Source: Paraspadella gotoi (lineage: Eukaryota > Animalia > Chaetognatha). From it: a stretch of DNA of 64,000 bases. The stretch is from contig CM119263.1 of the NCBI GenBank assembly GCA_051294375.1, positions 28,495,280 through 28,559,279 of the forward strand. The letters are read 5' to 3'. This document shows, piece after piece, positions 1 to 12,475 of the stretch. The notes below the pieces were generated by a model, which had not been told where the DNA came from, did not search any database, and worked only from the letters and a program-made list of their open reading frames with translations. Positions within the stretch are counted from its first letter, which is position 1, and each line of letters opens with the position of its first letter. Made by a program: the position numbers and the translations under genes.

Positions 1-1508
1 GGTCTCTCTTTCTTTCTCTTTCTCTCTCTCTTTCACTCTGTCTCTCTCTTTCTTTCTTTCTCTTTCTCTCTTTCTTTTTCTCTCCATCCCTTCCCATCTT
101 CTTTATTTCCAATTAAATTAATTAAAAATTAAAAATTACCTTTTTTCTATCTTCTTCTCATTCTCTAAATAAAAACTTTTTGTCATGCATAATAATACAT
201 ACTTAAATCTCATTTGCATATAGTAGTAGTTACTATAAAACTTATACTACAACCTTTACCGGTACTCCTTCGCAGCCAACCAAATAAAAAAGAGAAAAAT
301 TTGATGATTAGATTTAAAGGAATTAAAAAGTCAGTCGAAGTATTCGTGTTTTTATCTCCAAAAGATAATTTTTTGTTATTCTTGCGGAATCAAAAGGCAA
401 GATTCAGTATGGATGAATATTTAAAAAAGAATTGAAGTCGCTCATGAAAAATCCCAATTCCCAAATATTTTTTACACGTTGTGTTACATTATTTTCTTTT
501 CAGTTAGTTGCAAGTCAGTATAATGACTAAAAAGTTGCCTTAACGATTACTAATGTCTCTCTCTTCTCCCCTGCCATCAGGTTAGGCATTTAGTTACTTA
601 AAAAAACCTGTCGACCGTTTTGCAGAATGTCATTGGCACCTCGATCCAGTGGTTTTGGCCTTCCGTGACGCCCGGGGTGGTACTATCCATTGTCTTTGGG
701 GTGTCCCTGCATCCAATTTCTTACGGTGATTTGAGTACTACATGGCTCACTCGGTCAAGGCGTTTTATGGTCCGAATCGATTTGATAACCTTTGCTGCCA
801 CGTCCGGCTGCACAGGGTCGAGAGAGTAGAACTATGCTTTTCCTTTAATGAGTTTGTATATGTTTGTTTGTTGTATTTTTTCATATCATATTTCACAGTG
901 TATCGGAACGAAAGCGCGTGTTTGGGTCGAGCTTGTGGTAAATCGTTGTGATCACCACATTGATTTGACCAGTCATTACCCTTTGGAATATTATATTTAC
1001 GCTTCAGTTGATTGCTTTTTGGATAAAAATAGGTAATTCAGAAAAGAAAATGAAATTTTTTCTTTTTTGCAATAAATTATATTAAAAACCGTTAAATTAA
1101 GCAGTGCTCTCACTATCCCGGGCATTATCCCAGAAAAATTTTCTTATGTCATAATCTTACTTTTTAATTCTTTAAAACTAATATTAATTGTAATAAGTTA
1201 ATTTATACACTAATATTATTTTATGCTGTATTTGATAGATATTAATAATAACTTAATATATAATAGTAACAGTTAACATCTATTTGATTTGAGCTGGATA
1301 GACTCTATCGTACGAGACATGTTGCGGTTGCTTTTTTTTTTCTACTTAGAGAGAGACAGTTGAGTGCTATATTAATGAAAAAAAAATTTAACATATTAAA
1401 TGAAAGAGATAAACGTAGGAGCAATTATTAACCATTTAAAACTATTTCTCTTTTTTTCAGAACGTTAAGTAAATCAATACTAATATTTTTTTAAAAATTG
1501 TCAAACCA

Positions 1509-1563
1509 TTGCGACTGATGAAGGTTTGGAAAGAACAAACACCGAAACACGATAACTTCGCGA
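1509..1563 (+). ncRNA. Degenerate hammerhead ribozyme-like motif
   Basis: CTGATGA 1515-1521, stem II GGTTTG/CAAAC(A)CC, GAAA 1544-1547, CACG, stem I TTGCGA/TCGCGA. Cleavage triplet is non-canonical and the region is error-prone. Confidence 0.4.
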
Positions 1564-3499
1564 AATTTATTTAAATGTAATAAATCAAATGTGTAAGTAA
1601 CACACACAAATTTAGATACTCTTTTTTTACTGATTCGGATTTTTTTTTTATTATTTACTTTTATTTTATTTATTATTTATTTTTTTTTTTTATGATTTTA
1701 TTTATCCGATATTCTTATAAACGTATTGAGTTTATTTTTTAATCTTTCTTAATTCTCTTAATTTTTTCTAATTCTTATCTCTTTTTCTTTAGTATCTCTC
1801 TGAAATTTTTTCTTTAACTTTAATTCCTAACTTACTCGTAACCTTTATTTACCTCTTTCGTGATCTGCTTACTTCTAACCTAATTACCAACCCTAATTTC
1901 ACTCTTTTGAGAGACCATTTACTTTTTTACTTAACACATATTCTTAATTTATTTTAACCATAATTTATTAATAACATTTTTCACAATTATAATACTTTAG
2001 ATATAAGAAAAATAAATCATTAAACAAGTATTGTGATTCCCCTTTAATTTCCCACCCCCTGTCGAAAAAAAAAAACTTATCTTGCTTACTTCGCGTTCAG
2101 CTGGGCTATTTTTCCGTTAATTCTTGATAAAAGAAAAAAAAATATCTCATAGAGCATCTGCGAGATGTATAATCTCCAGAAAATCGATCATTTAACAATA
2201 TTAAAGTACTAGTCATTTATCATGCAAAGCCACTGTAACTAGAGGCAAATAGTTAAAGGTTCTCGCAAAAACTCCATCGATTCTATTATTAGACTTATTT
2301 GTTAGGCTCCTGGTCAAAACGCCGGCAGTTTTTACGAAAATCCATTTTAAAAAAAAATAACATTAAAAATGTTTTTTAACATTTTTTTTTTCTGGAAGGA
2401 AAAAGGAAAACGACCCATGTTACTCATTGAGAATTAGATGTCCAAGCAATTGTATACCAACGTTGAAACAAAATATACAAAAAAAAAATGAGAAAGCGTA
2501 AGGGAGGCTTTCACTTGTTAAATCTGGTATTTCTTGGTTTATCTTCGTTATTTATTAAGCAGCAGAGATTGTAATTCGAATAAAATAATAAAAATCAATT
2601 TTTCATTATAATTTTCTTAAAAAGAAAAAAAAATCCGGGACGAGGAAGCCAGGGGTGTTTGTTTTTATAAAACATGCGAGCCTAAGCATATTTTTCGTTC
2701 CAGTGCTGGTCCGAGTTCGTTTTGGAACCGCAGCTGCTCGATGAAGCGCCTATGGCTCTCGAGTTGGGTTCTTGCGGGTATACGTAGTGATGCGCGCTCC
2801 AGTTATGCAGTGTAAGAGGAAAGTGCCCTAGAGCATCTAAAGAGGTCACCGGACTTTCCGGTACTTATTTCAATTTATTTAAAAACAACATTGCTTTTAT
2901 CTAAATCCTGTTATTTGCTGTTCCTTATTTTTGTCTCTGGGAAACAAATGACAACTTGTTTTGTTTTTTTTTTTTTCGTTTTGCTACTATATTGGAGTTC
3001 TCTGGCGACTCGGGTTTGAGTGAGAGGTTTGGAAGAATTTTGGGGCCTAGTTGAAGCGGGACGTGTCGAATACGATGGACACAATAAGCCCGAAAAAACC
3101 AGTTAATTGGATTGTTATTAAAACAATGCAAGCTTGGTAAAATTTAAAAAAAGATATCTCACGTCATTCAGCCACATAGAGAGTTTCTATCTGACTGTGT
3201 AACCATAGCCCATAGATTTAAGTATTGTCTAGAGAGAACGAATAAGTCCCAAGTTACGGAATCTAAACTCCGTAAAACCAGTCCACTTTGGGTCCATCCG
3301 TACCTAATCAAGAAATGACCCGAATTTTAAAATTGCTCCACCGCAACGGGCTTCCCCAAGACGCCCGCTTCGTAATATCACTACATTTATAATTATTCTT
3401 ATTTGGTTTCTGATGGAAACGGACGAGGCCTGTGCCCAAAAAAATAGCAGATAAATCTTCTGGATTACGTGGATCCCGCAATCGCACCGAAACGACTGG

Positions 3500-4408
3500 T
3501 TTCTTTAATAATGGTTGCTGAGTTGGCGGCTCGTGTCTTTGAGGTGCGAGCGTTGGTCTTGTCTCTTATGTTTTTCCTTTTTTGTTTTGCATTTTCGATT
3601 TTGCCTCGATCATATTGATTCTCTTCTCCGGTTGTCTGCTTAAGTTGTCCGTGTGTATTTGGCGCGTCGAGTGTGGTGTTTTTGGGACGGCCTGTCAAAA
3701 CGTGACCAAAGGATATTGGTGTTTGTGTGGCGTTCCAGTTCTCGGACGTTGGGGGGGATTTTCCTTCGTGGTCGCCCCTTTTACGCAATTTCTTAGTTAT
3801 ATAATTCTTTTTTATTTAGCCGTCTGTCAATAGAGAATAGTTCATATGCCTGTCCAAGTTTCTTTTCTCGTAATTTCTTAAAAAACCTTTCGGTATCGCG
3901 CACGTTGTTTGATTATTAACTTTTACAATAGTATTAACAGTTTTACTTTCTGGTCTATCGATCTTAATTATTATGTATTGAAGGACCTAGGGCTGGCCCG
4001 TGAAGGATCGGAAGAAAGGGAGACCAGTCGGAGGCGAACCGAGTATGCTTATTAAGGGTCTTTCAATTTAAGAGGTCGAGAGAGACCCTTATTTAACTTG
4101 CTTTGACTCATCTGTCTTGACCAATTTAGTCAGTTTATTACACTAGATTCTCCGGTACTAGGATTTTGAGTTTGTTTTAATTCACTTTTAAACTCCCAAG
4201 TTACATTTTGAAGAGAGAGAAGCAGAAAGCATAACGAGAAATTCTCTGGTTACAAAGGATGAAAAGGAGGAGGAGGAGTTTAGAGAGGATGGAGGAGGAT
4301 GTGGAGGAGAGAGGTGAGGGAAAGCTTTTTTCTGTTGCGTCTCTCGAGGCAAAACAAATACATACAAACGGAAACAAAGAAGAAAGAGAGAGACGATGAA
4401 AAAATAAG

Positions 4409-4484
<76 letters not shown>

Positions 4485-7290
4485 AGCCGGGAGAATGAGA
4501 TATGACAAGGTATGTCATCCTTCAGAATCACCTCCCCCGGGGCGCTGCTAGGGGCGGCCCCGCGGGGTGGCACCGCGGGCGGCCCCGGGGCAAGCAAATC
4601 TTACTTGCGTGCCATGGGGCCCGGAACCCGCTGTGCCTCTTTTTTTGAGGGCCCAAGGGGCCAGCTCCAGGGGGAATCCCCAGGGGCTTAGAAAAAACAT
4701 TTCCCCTGGGGGCCACCCCAGCGGGGGTGAATTTGCCTGCCCCTGGAACGGCTCTCTCTCCATCCTATATTCTCTCTCTCTCTCGGATCGGGACATTTCT
4801 TCTATTCTCTCTTTCTCTAATCGTCTTTCTTTTTCAATCTTTCCATTAAAATAAATTATAAAAATAAAAATAATATCTTTCACTTCAATTTAATCAATCA
4901 GCTGAAACAATAGCTGCGCCAATACCAATATGCATAATTTGGTCAACTTGCCCAATAATTTAGTCAAATTGACATTATTTGTCAACTGACATTATTTGGA
5001 CAACTGATAATAATCGCGTCAAATCTATTTTTTAATTTGGTTAACTTTTAATAATTTGGAGAGAGCTTTTATTATTGTCAATTTCTTTGCACAATATTAA
5101 TTTGGTAACGACTTTACAATTTGGTCCGTGAGTAATTTTGGTAATTTTTTAGTATTATTTGTCGGATTTATTCTAAGAAAGGTCTTTCGCATAATTCTCG
5201 TTTTGGAATCTTGGTATAATTTCTGTAAACTTTCATAATTTTGTCAACTGGACATAATTTGGTCATACTGATATAATTTGATCAACATTTTATGTAATTT
5301 GGTAAGCTTTTTATAAATTTGGGTACAGGACCTTTCAATAATTTGGTCAATGTCATAATTTGGTTATCCAGCTTAGGTATAATCTGGTTCTAACTTGCAT
5401 AATTTTGGTCATTTACTTGGATAATTTGGTCAACATCAACTTAACAATTAGCTAATTATTAATATTTCATACTGTAAATAATAGAAAGAGATGAAAAGAT
5501 TGAGAAAATTTTAGATAACATTTTCAAGTAATGTGAACTTTTGGTTTTTTTTCTATTAAAAACTTACTTTCCTTGTATACTTCACATTTCTACCCACAGC
5601 ACAAAGATTTTAATTTTAAATTTATACTATGATATATTTTTTAAAGGCTAGTACTAGAGATAAATAGTAGGTGCCTTCATTGGTTTTAAATTTTTTTATT
5701 CACGTTAATAAAAAAAAATTAATCCTATTAATTATTTAAATCAAGTCTTTAAGTCCGTACCCACATTAGGCCATTAAACTCAAATTATGCGGATTAATAT
5801 ATGGATTCAGAATAAAATCTTGGTGTGTGGGTAGAAAAAGTGTGTGATTGAGCTAGATATAAACGTTTTGCTCACGGTTTCTCCTCTCAAACCATCACCT
5901 TTCCCACAACGTAGTTCAATCTGAACAATCTACAAACTATAACAATTATTAACTTAGAAATCTTAAATGAAAAAAAATTATTTCACGTTAACAATAAATA
6001 TTGAAAAAAAATGTATAAGGTTTTAGTTACATAAACAAGTCTTGGAAAGATGAGAGAGAGAAAAGAATAGAGAAAGAGAAAGAAAAAGAAAGAGAGAAAA
6101 AGAAAAAGATAAAAAAAATGAAAGAGAAGGAGAAAGAGAAGAGGGAAGTGTGAGAGAAAGAGAGGAAGAGAGAGTAACAGACAGGGAGAGATATTCTCAG
6201 TATACAGATAATTGTCAGTATATTTTCTTATATCTAAACTTTGCTCTCTCCTTAATCGCCCTGGGGGAGCACTTTTGCTCCCAAGGGGTTACCACCCAGG
6301 GGCAGGACTTATTTTTGGCCCCAGGGGGCCGCCCCAGGGGGTTCCCCTGGGGGCAAACCGGATTTTGGGTGCTATTAAGGCCGGCGCCCCTCAATGACCA
6401 TTTTGCTTGCTATCCCTCTGGAAATGTCTGACCCTGGGTGCTCGGATTAGCCCCAAGAGTCTCGCCACGCGGGGCGGTTAGGTATTTGTGAAGATGACAT
6501 AAATCTCGAGATAGAAGATATCAAGAAAAGATATTATTTGAGACGATTTTGTAATTGTATAAGGAGATGCAGGCACACAAGAAACATGGGNNNNNNNNNN
6601 NNNNNNNNNNNNNNNCCTCCTCCTCCTCCTCCTCCTCCTCCTCATCCTTCGTAACCAGAGAATTTCTCGTTTGCTTTCTCATTCTCTCTCTTCAAAAAGT
6701 AAAGCTTGGAGTTAAAAGAAATTAAACAAACTCACAAACTTACATTGCGAGAGATCTTGTAATAAACTGATAAATTGTCGAGGTGTCCGGGTCTCCTGAC
6801 TCATTGACTGATTTAGCAACGGTGGTTCCGAGGTTCCCTTCTTGATCTTCACGGGCCAGTGCGGCTTAATTTTAGTGTAGCAGAGTAACTTGTTAATACA
6901 TATTGTAAAAGTTTAATAAGCAAACACGATACAGGAAAGTTTTTTTTAAGAAATAGAGAAAGAAATTGGGAAGGATATGAACTAATCTTTGAAGACGGCT
7001 TGGATAAAAAGGAATTATATAACTAAGAAATGCTAAAAGGGACAAGAAGAAAAATCCCCACGTCGAGAACTGACAGAAAAAAAATATTTGGAGTTTGAAG
7101 GCGTCCAAAAAAAATGAGGCCAAATAAGGAAAAAGAGAAGAGAAAAGAAAATAAGAGAAATCGAAAAGAAAAGAAAAGAAAATAAGAGACGTCGAAAAGA
7201 AGAGGAATGGAATTATGGTGCAAATATTATGGGCCGATGATATCCGAGCAAAAATGGAGACGTGGGCTAAGACGAGATTGAGAGAGAGAG
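3500..7290. repeat. Noisy large inverted repeat (arms about 3500-4870 and 6030-7290)
   Basis: 4090-4280 is the revcomp of 6620-6790; 4510-4745 of 6255-6500; 3720-3950 of 6880-7080. Differences are indel-rich. Confidence 0.8.
4930..5450. repeat. Degenerate tandem repeat of about 20 bp (ATAATTTGGTCAAC core)
   Basis: About two dozen diverged copies of ataatttggtcaac(t/a)... Confidence 0.8.
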
Positions 7291-7424
7291 AGAGAGANNN
7301 NNNNNNNNNNNNNNNNNNNNNNNNNNNNNNNNNNNNNNNNNNNNNNNNNNNNNNNNNNNNNNNNNNNNNNNNNNNNNNNNNNNNNNNNNNNNNNNNNNNN
7401 NNNNNNNNNNNNNNNNNNNNNNNN

Positions 7425-7459
<35 letters not shown>

Positions 7460-8115
7460 AATCCCAGAGAAACGGAGAGGATTAAACTCTGAGCGATGAT
7501 ACTCGAGGAAAGACACACATCGCGGGAATGGGAAACATGATATGCGAAAGATGTGCGGATGTGTGCCAGTGTGGAATGGGAGATGACGAAGGAAACGTCT
7601 TTTAATTAATTGACTTTTTATTCTTCCACGACGCCGTTGATGCTGCCGAAGCCATTGCGATTCGGAAGTATTACTGCAATTGTCTTTGGGTCGGGAAAAA
7701 AACTGAATGTGAATTGTTTTTTGTTTTTCACCCATGACAATAAGAAATTCAAAACTCTTAAAAAAAATAAAAAACTAATAACCTTGGATTAAAAATAATG
7801 ATTTTCAACTCATCCAAAGACGTTTGGGATTAGAAATTAGATTCAAAATTCTGTCACGTCTCCATCATTTCTCACTTTCTCTTCAAAAATGATCGTAATA
7901 AAACAGAAAATATTGAAATGAGCTCCTCTCCACATTTTTCTGCTATTTTCCGAACCCCATCTTTTTTCCCTCACTCCTTTCCACCCCCCCCCCTATTTTC
8001 CCATCCAGTTTCACGAGTCCCTCACGCGTCGCCATTTTGTATTTTTTGTTTGTGTTTGTTTTTATTCGATCCTCGCGTCTCATCATCGCGAGGACGACAC
8101 GCTCCGCTTCCTCCA

Positions 8116-8215
8116 TTTTTGGTTGGCCTCTTTTTCTTTCCTTTTTGGTTGGCCTCTTTTTCTTTCCTTTTTGGTTAGCCTCTTTTTCTTTCCTTTTTGG
8201 TTGGCCTTTTTTTTT
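8116..8215. repeat. 26-bp tandem repeat, 4 copies
   Basis: GGTT(G/A)GCC at 8121, 8147, 8173 and 8199. Confidence 0.9.
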
Positions 8216-8239
8216 GTGTTTTGATTGGCCCTATTTATG

Positions 8240-8350
8240 AAATTGGTACAACCTGTATAAAAGTAATCCATTCATTTAATAAATAAGCTATCTTGCCCCT
8301 GACTTTGGACAGGCTTTGGTGGTTTAAGTCCTCCATCACTCTTACAAGAT
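8240..8350 (+). mobile_element. Dispersed repeat family, copy 1
   Basis: ATCCATTCATTTAATAAATAAGCTATCTTGCCCC..GACTTT..CATCACTCTTACAAGAT shared with about 16080-16260 (+) and 39410-39580 (-). Confidence 0.7.
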
Positions 8351-9632
8351 AATTTTAGGCCTTTTTTTTTCACAGCCACTATTCTGGCTATTTTCTGCTT
8401 CTATTTCCTGTTGGGCTCTTTTATTTTTGGTCGGCACCTTTTTCAAAATTTTGGTTTGGCCTCTTTTTTGCGGTACTCTCGAGACATTTATTGTTTTCTT
8501 TTGTGAAAGTTTGTTGGGTCATTCGAAACTTTTTTCGGGGTAAACTTGTTTTTATTTCCTCCTACACTACAGTATTTTCTTTCTTTTTTTTCATATTTTC
8601 TTTTGTTTGCCTTTTCTCATCTTCTCATCTTCTTTATATTATTTTTTATTTGTTTTTTGAAGATTAAAGAATTTTGTCAGAAGAGACAAAATTATTTTGT
8701 CATAAAAAGAGAAAAAAAGGGAAAAAATATGAGAGAAAGAGAGAATATTTGTTATGGATACAAAAAAGTTTTCTTTGGGTCTCCAGAAGTGAGCTACGGG
8801 GCGCTGCTCCGAGTTGCTGCACATAAGCTGTACATAGTTGCACCAAACTGAACAAAACTTTAAGAAAAAGAATCTAACAAGTAACACAATCATTCAATTC
8901 GTGTCCATCAACAAGTGCCCTCAGTTTTTTTGTTTCCATCAAACATTCGAATTGGCTTTTGTCGCCCTCCGACGACCTCATTAACTCTCTCTTCTTCAAA
9001 AGCGACACCTCGCTTCTCTGATGGCAAAGGGCAGAAGGGCGAAGGAGGCTTTTAGGGCTGAGGGAGTTGGAAGAGAGTTTTGAGGGCCGAGGGATTGAGA
9101 GAAAAGAGAGAAGGGCGAAGGAGATTAAGGATGCAGATGTTTCGTGTTCAGGACTAAAGTTAGTTATAGAATCAAGGGCAAAGTAGTGGACTGCGAAACA
9201 ATGAGTTTGTTAGAGAAAGAGTGAGGGACGAAAATAAACGACTCACAAGGTCAAAGATCAGTGAGAAGGATGGAGATCATTGGCACCAAAAGAGGAAGTA
9301 GGAAGAAGATGTGAAAAGGAGAAGGAAGTTTGGCATAACAACAAGGCGTGAACTCTCCCCAAAGATGCCCGAGACTCTCACCGCCGGTAAACGCCTCTCT
9401 CGCGGTCGACGCGATGGAACCAAAGTTTCACGCTTCACTTCCGATTTCGCGCGTCGCTTGACTCACCGAGAATCACTGAGAATCAACAAGGATCACCTGG
9501 AATCACTAGACCTTTAGCGACCAACGAAGACTCACCTGGTCTCCTCGAAAGGTGGGTCAAACCACGAAAAGGAAGTCACGTCATTCGCGGAAATAATCAC
9601 CCGTGCATACGACGATGTTTAGAGAGAGAGAG

Positions 9633-9769
<137 letters not shown>

Positions 9770-10379
9770 CTCTTCTCACAAAGATGAAGTGTTGTCCACT
9801 AAATCAGAAGTTCCGTGTCTTTCTTTCTCTTCGGTCAGTCTGAGGACTCTCGCTCTCTTCCGCCTCCGCCTAATCTTTTGACGCCATAATAATAATCATC
9901 ATCATTCTTATCATCATCATTATCATTATCATCATCATTATTATTCTTCATGTTTGAAATTGGTACAACGAATTTATTTGAAAATACGTACATTGTCGTA
10001 ATCATCGTCATCTTCATTTTGATCATCATCAGCAAAATTATAATATTCGTAATCATAGACTAATCATCATCATCATAATCATCGTCACTTTGCTACCATC
10101 TCTTTTTTCTTTTTCTCGCCCACACGCGTTCTTTTACCTGCCTCCGCATGAGAAGTCATCCTTATGACTTGAAACATCTGTTTTAAACAAAGTAAAAGAA
10201 AAGATATAATATATATATAATATGAATATAATGTATGTATGTATGTATATACGTACCTGCTGTTTTCTTTTCTTTAACCTGTCTTCATATTTTTCTTTCT
10301 TTCTCACCTTTCCGGTTCGAGATTTCCTAGTTTTTTCTAAGCCTTATGAGATTTTCTTTTCTCCTTTCTTCCTTTCCTT

Positions 10380-10401
10380 TCTCTCTCTATCTCTCTCTCT
10401 C

Positions 10402-10463
<62 letters not shown>

Positions 10464-10609
10464 CGATATCTTTGTCACGTCTTCCCCTCTCTCCATTTTT
10501 TATTCTGATCTCTCTAACTTTGGTTTTCAATATTTCATCAAAGACTCTGAGTCTGAATAAATAAACCGAGAGAGCTTCCTTTCCTTTTTTTCTCTCTCTC
10601 TCTCTTCTA

Positions 10610-10669
<60 letters not shown>

Positions 10670-10790
10670 ACGATATCTTTGTCACGTCTTCCCTTTCTCT
10701 CCATTTTCATTCTGATTCTCTCTAACTTTGGTTTTCAATATTTCATCCAAAGACTCTTGAGTCTTGAATAATAAACCGAGAGAGCGTCCG
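10380..10790. repeat. Tandem duplication of about 210 bp containing (CT)n
   Basis: CACGATATCTTTGTCACGTCTTCCC...ATAAACCGAGAGAG at about 10460-10575 and 10670-10785. Confidence 0.85.
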
Positions 10791-10814
10791 CTCCTCTTCA
10801 CCGTCAGAGACAAG

Positions 10815-11100
10815 CGGGATGAAACTGGCACTCGTGAAGGAACGGGAACTTGTGTTAGAATTCGAAATTGTGTGGAATCGGATCTTGTGATAGTTCAGGC
10901 ATTTGTGATGAAACAATCAATGTAGATAAAATTGCAACATGTGAAGGAACCGGCACTTGTGATGGAATTGGAAGTTGCGATAGAACCGGCTCTTCTGAAG
11001 GAAGTTGAAATCGAGATTGGACTGGAACAAGTGGAACATGTGAAGAAACTGGCACTTATGATGGAAAGGAAAATTGTGATGTAATTCTCACTTGTGAATG
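10815..11100. repeat. Degenerate 18-bp periodic repeat (GTGA(T/A)GGAACTGGCACTT-like)
   Basis: Reads as SQVPVP-like hexapeptides on the minus strand. Confidence 0.7.
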
Positions 11101-11419
11101 AATTAATTCCGACCAATGCTCCTTTGCTAGAGCTAAATTACAAATCAAACTGGTAAGGTTTGTTCTTCTCCATTTTTATCATAGCCTTACCTTTCACCAC
11201 ACCCACCTGCGCCCTCTCACGCAACCTACCTCACACTGCCACTGCTTTGAATCCTTCTTTTCTTTTCGCTAGAGACTTTGCTCGGTCGCAACCCCTTTTC
11301 CAGCTTCAACACCTTCTCTTCAGTAAGTCGCCATTTTTAACTTCATTCTCGCAACTTCTCAAAATCTTAACAAAATATTGTTTTTCAAGAGCAGAAACCA
11401 CCCGAGAGCACCACTTCCT

Positions 11420-11630
11420 CTGGGGTGACTCGCGACCGTTACTCCAGTCGCTTGCCGAGCCTCACTCCACTCGCCTACTCACCGCAACTCTAGTAGTCGC
11501 TTCCCAAACGCCAATCCAATCACCTTCAAACCGTCACTCCAATTACCTCACGACTACCACTCCAGTGGCATCCTAACAGCCACTCCAGTCGCCTCTGAAC
11601 CGCCACTCCAGTAGGCCTCAGCGACACTCC
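11420..11630. repeat. Degenerate CACTCCAGTCGC-core tandem repeat
   Basis: Repeated cactcca(g/c/a)tcgc units every 22-30 bp or so. Confidence 0.65.
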
Positions 11631-11742
11631 CCCGTCCCCTACTAAGAAGGCGTGGGGCAAATAAATGATTTACGATTATGGTTCCGTAATGGAGGCGACT
11701 ATCGTCTGCGCCGGGGTTTTTTTTCTCTCCTTTTATCCAAGC

Positions 11743-11826
<84 letters not shown>

Positions 11827-12349
11827 TGAGAGAAGTGAGAGAGAGAGCAGGTGCGAAGTAAAAGAAAAGGGGTGGAGGGGTTAGCCTGAGTAAATGAGGT
11901 TAGAGAAGGGGGTTCTAAGTTAATGTAAGATAAGGAGAGAAGGAGGGGAATGTATATATTTAGATATATATATATAAATTGTAAAGTTGATACCACATTG
12001 ACTGTGAATGATAAATGGGGGATGTCAAAAGGATAAAGAAAAAAGGGGACTTTGTAAATAAGGGGTAGGGGTAAATGGAATATATCAGTAAGGGAGAAAG
12101 AAGGACGTAAGAAAGATAGTAATAAATAACTTGGCAGAGAAGGGCGTAAAATTTAACAACCGTGATGACTCTGAGGGGAAATAAGTAAAGAAGGAAATAT
12201 GTAAATAATTAAAAAAGTGGGAAAAAATAATTTTTATATTGGTTGTACCAATTTCAAAAGATAAAGCAAAGTTTAGTGGGCGCAAGGCGAGGAGGAAATA
12301 GATAAGGCTGCAATATGAAGGATTAACGGAAAAATGTGGTTCTAAATAA

Positions 12350-12475
12350 GTACAGATTGAGTACAGATTGGAACGATTGAATACAGATGGGAACGATTGG
12401 GTATAGATTGAGTACAGATTGGAACGATTGAATACAGATGGGAAAGATAGAATACAGATTGAGTAGAGATGGGAA
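12350..12475. repeat. Higher-order 10-11-bp tandem repeat (TACAGATTGAG / GAACGATTG)
   Basis: Alternating tacagattg(a/g) and gaacgattg units. Confidence 0.8.

Noticed and set aside
620-960. Possible exon after ttttgcag (NVIGTSIQWFWP...)
   Set aside because: Error-prone region, no recognisable motif, and no convincing donor or partner exon.
8870-9560. Minus-strand donor (GGTGAG x3) and acceptor (ccatcag) signals suggesting exons
   Set aside because: All frames of the putative upstream exon hit stops within about 30 codons and the products resemble nothing; at most UTR exons.
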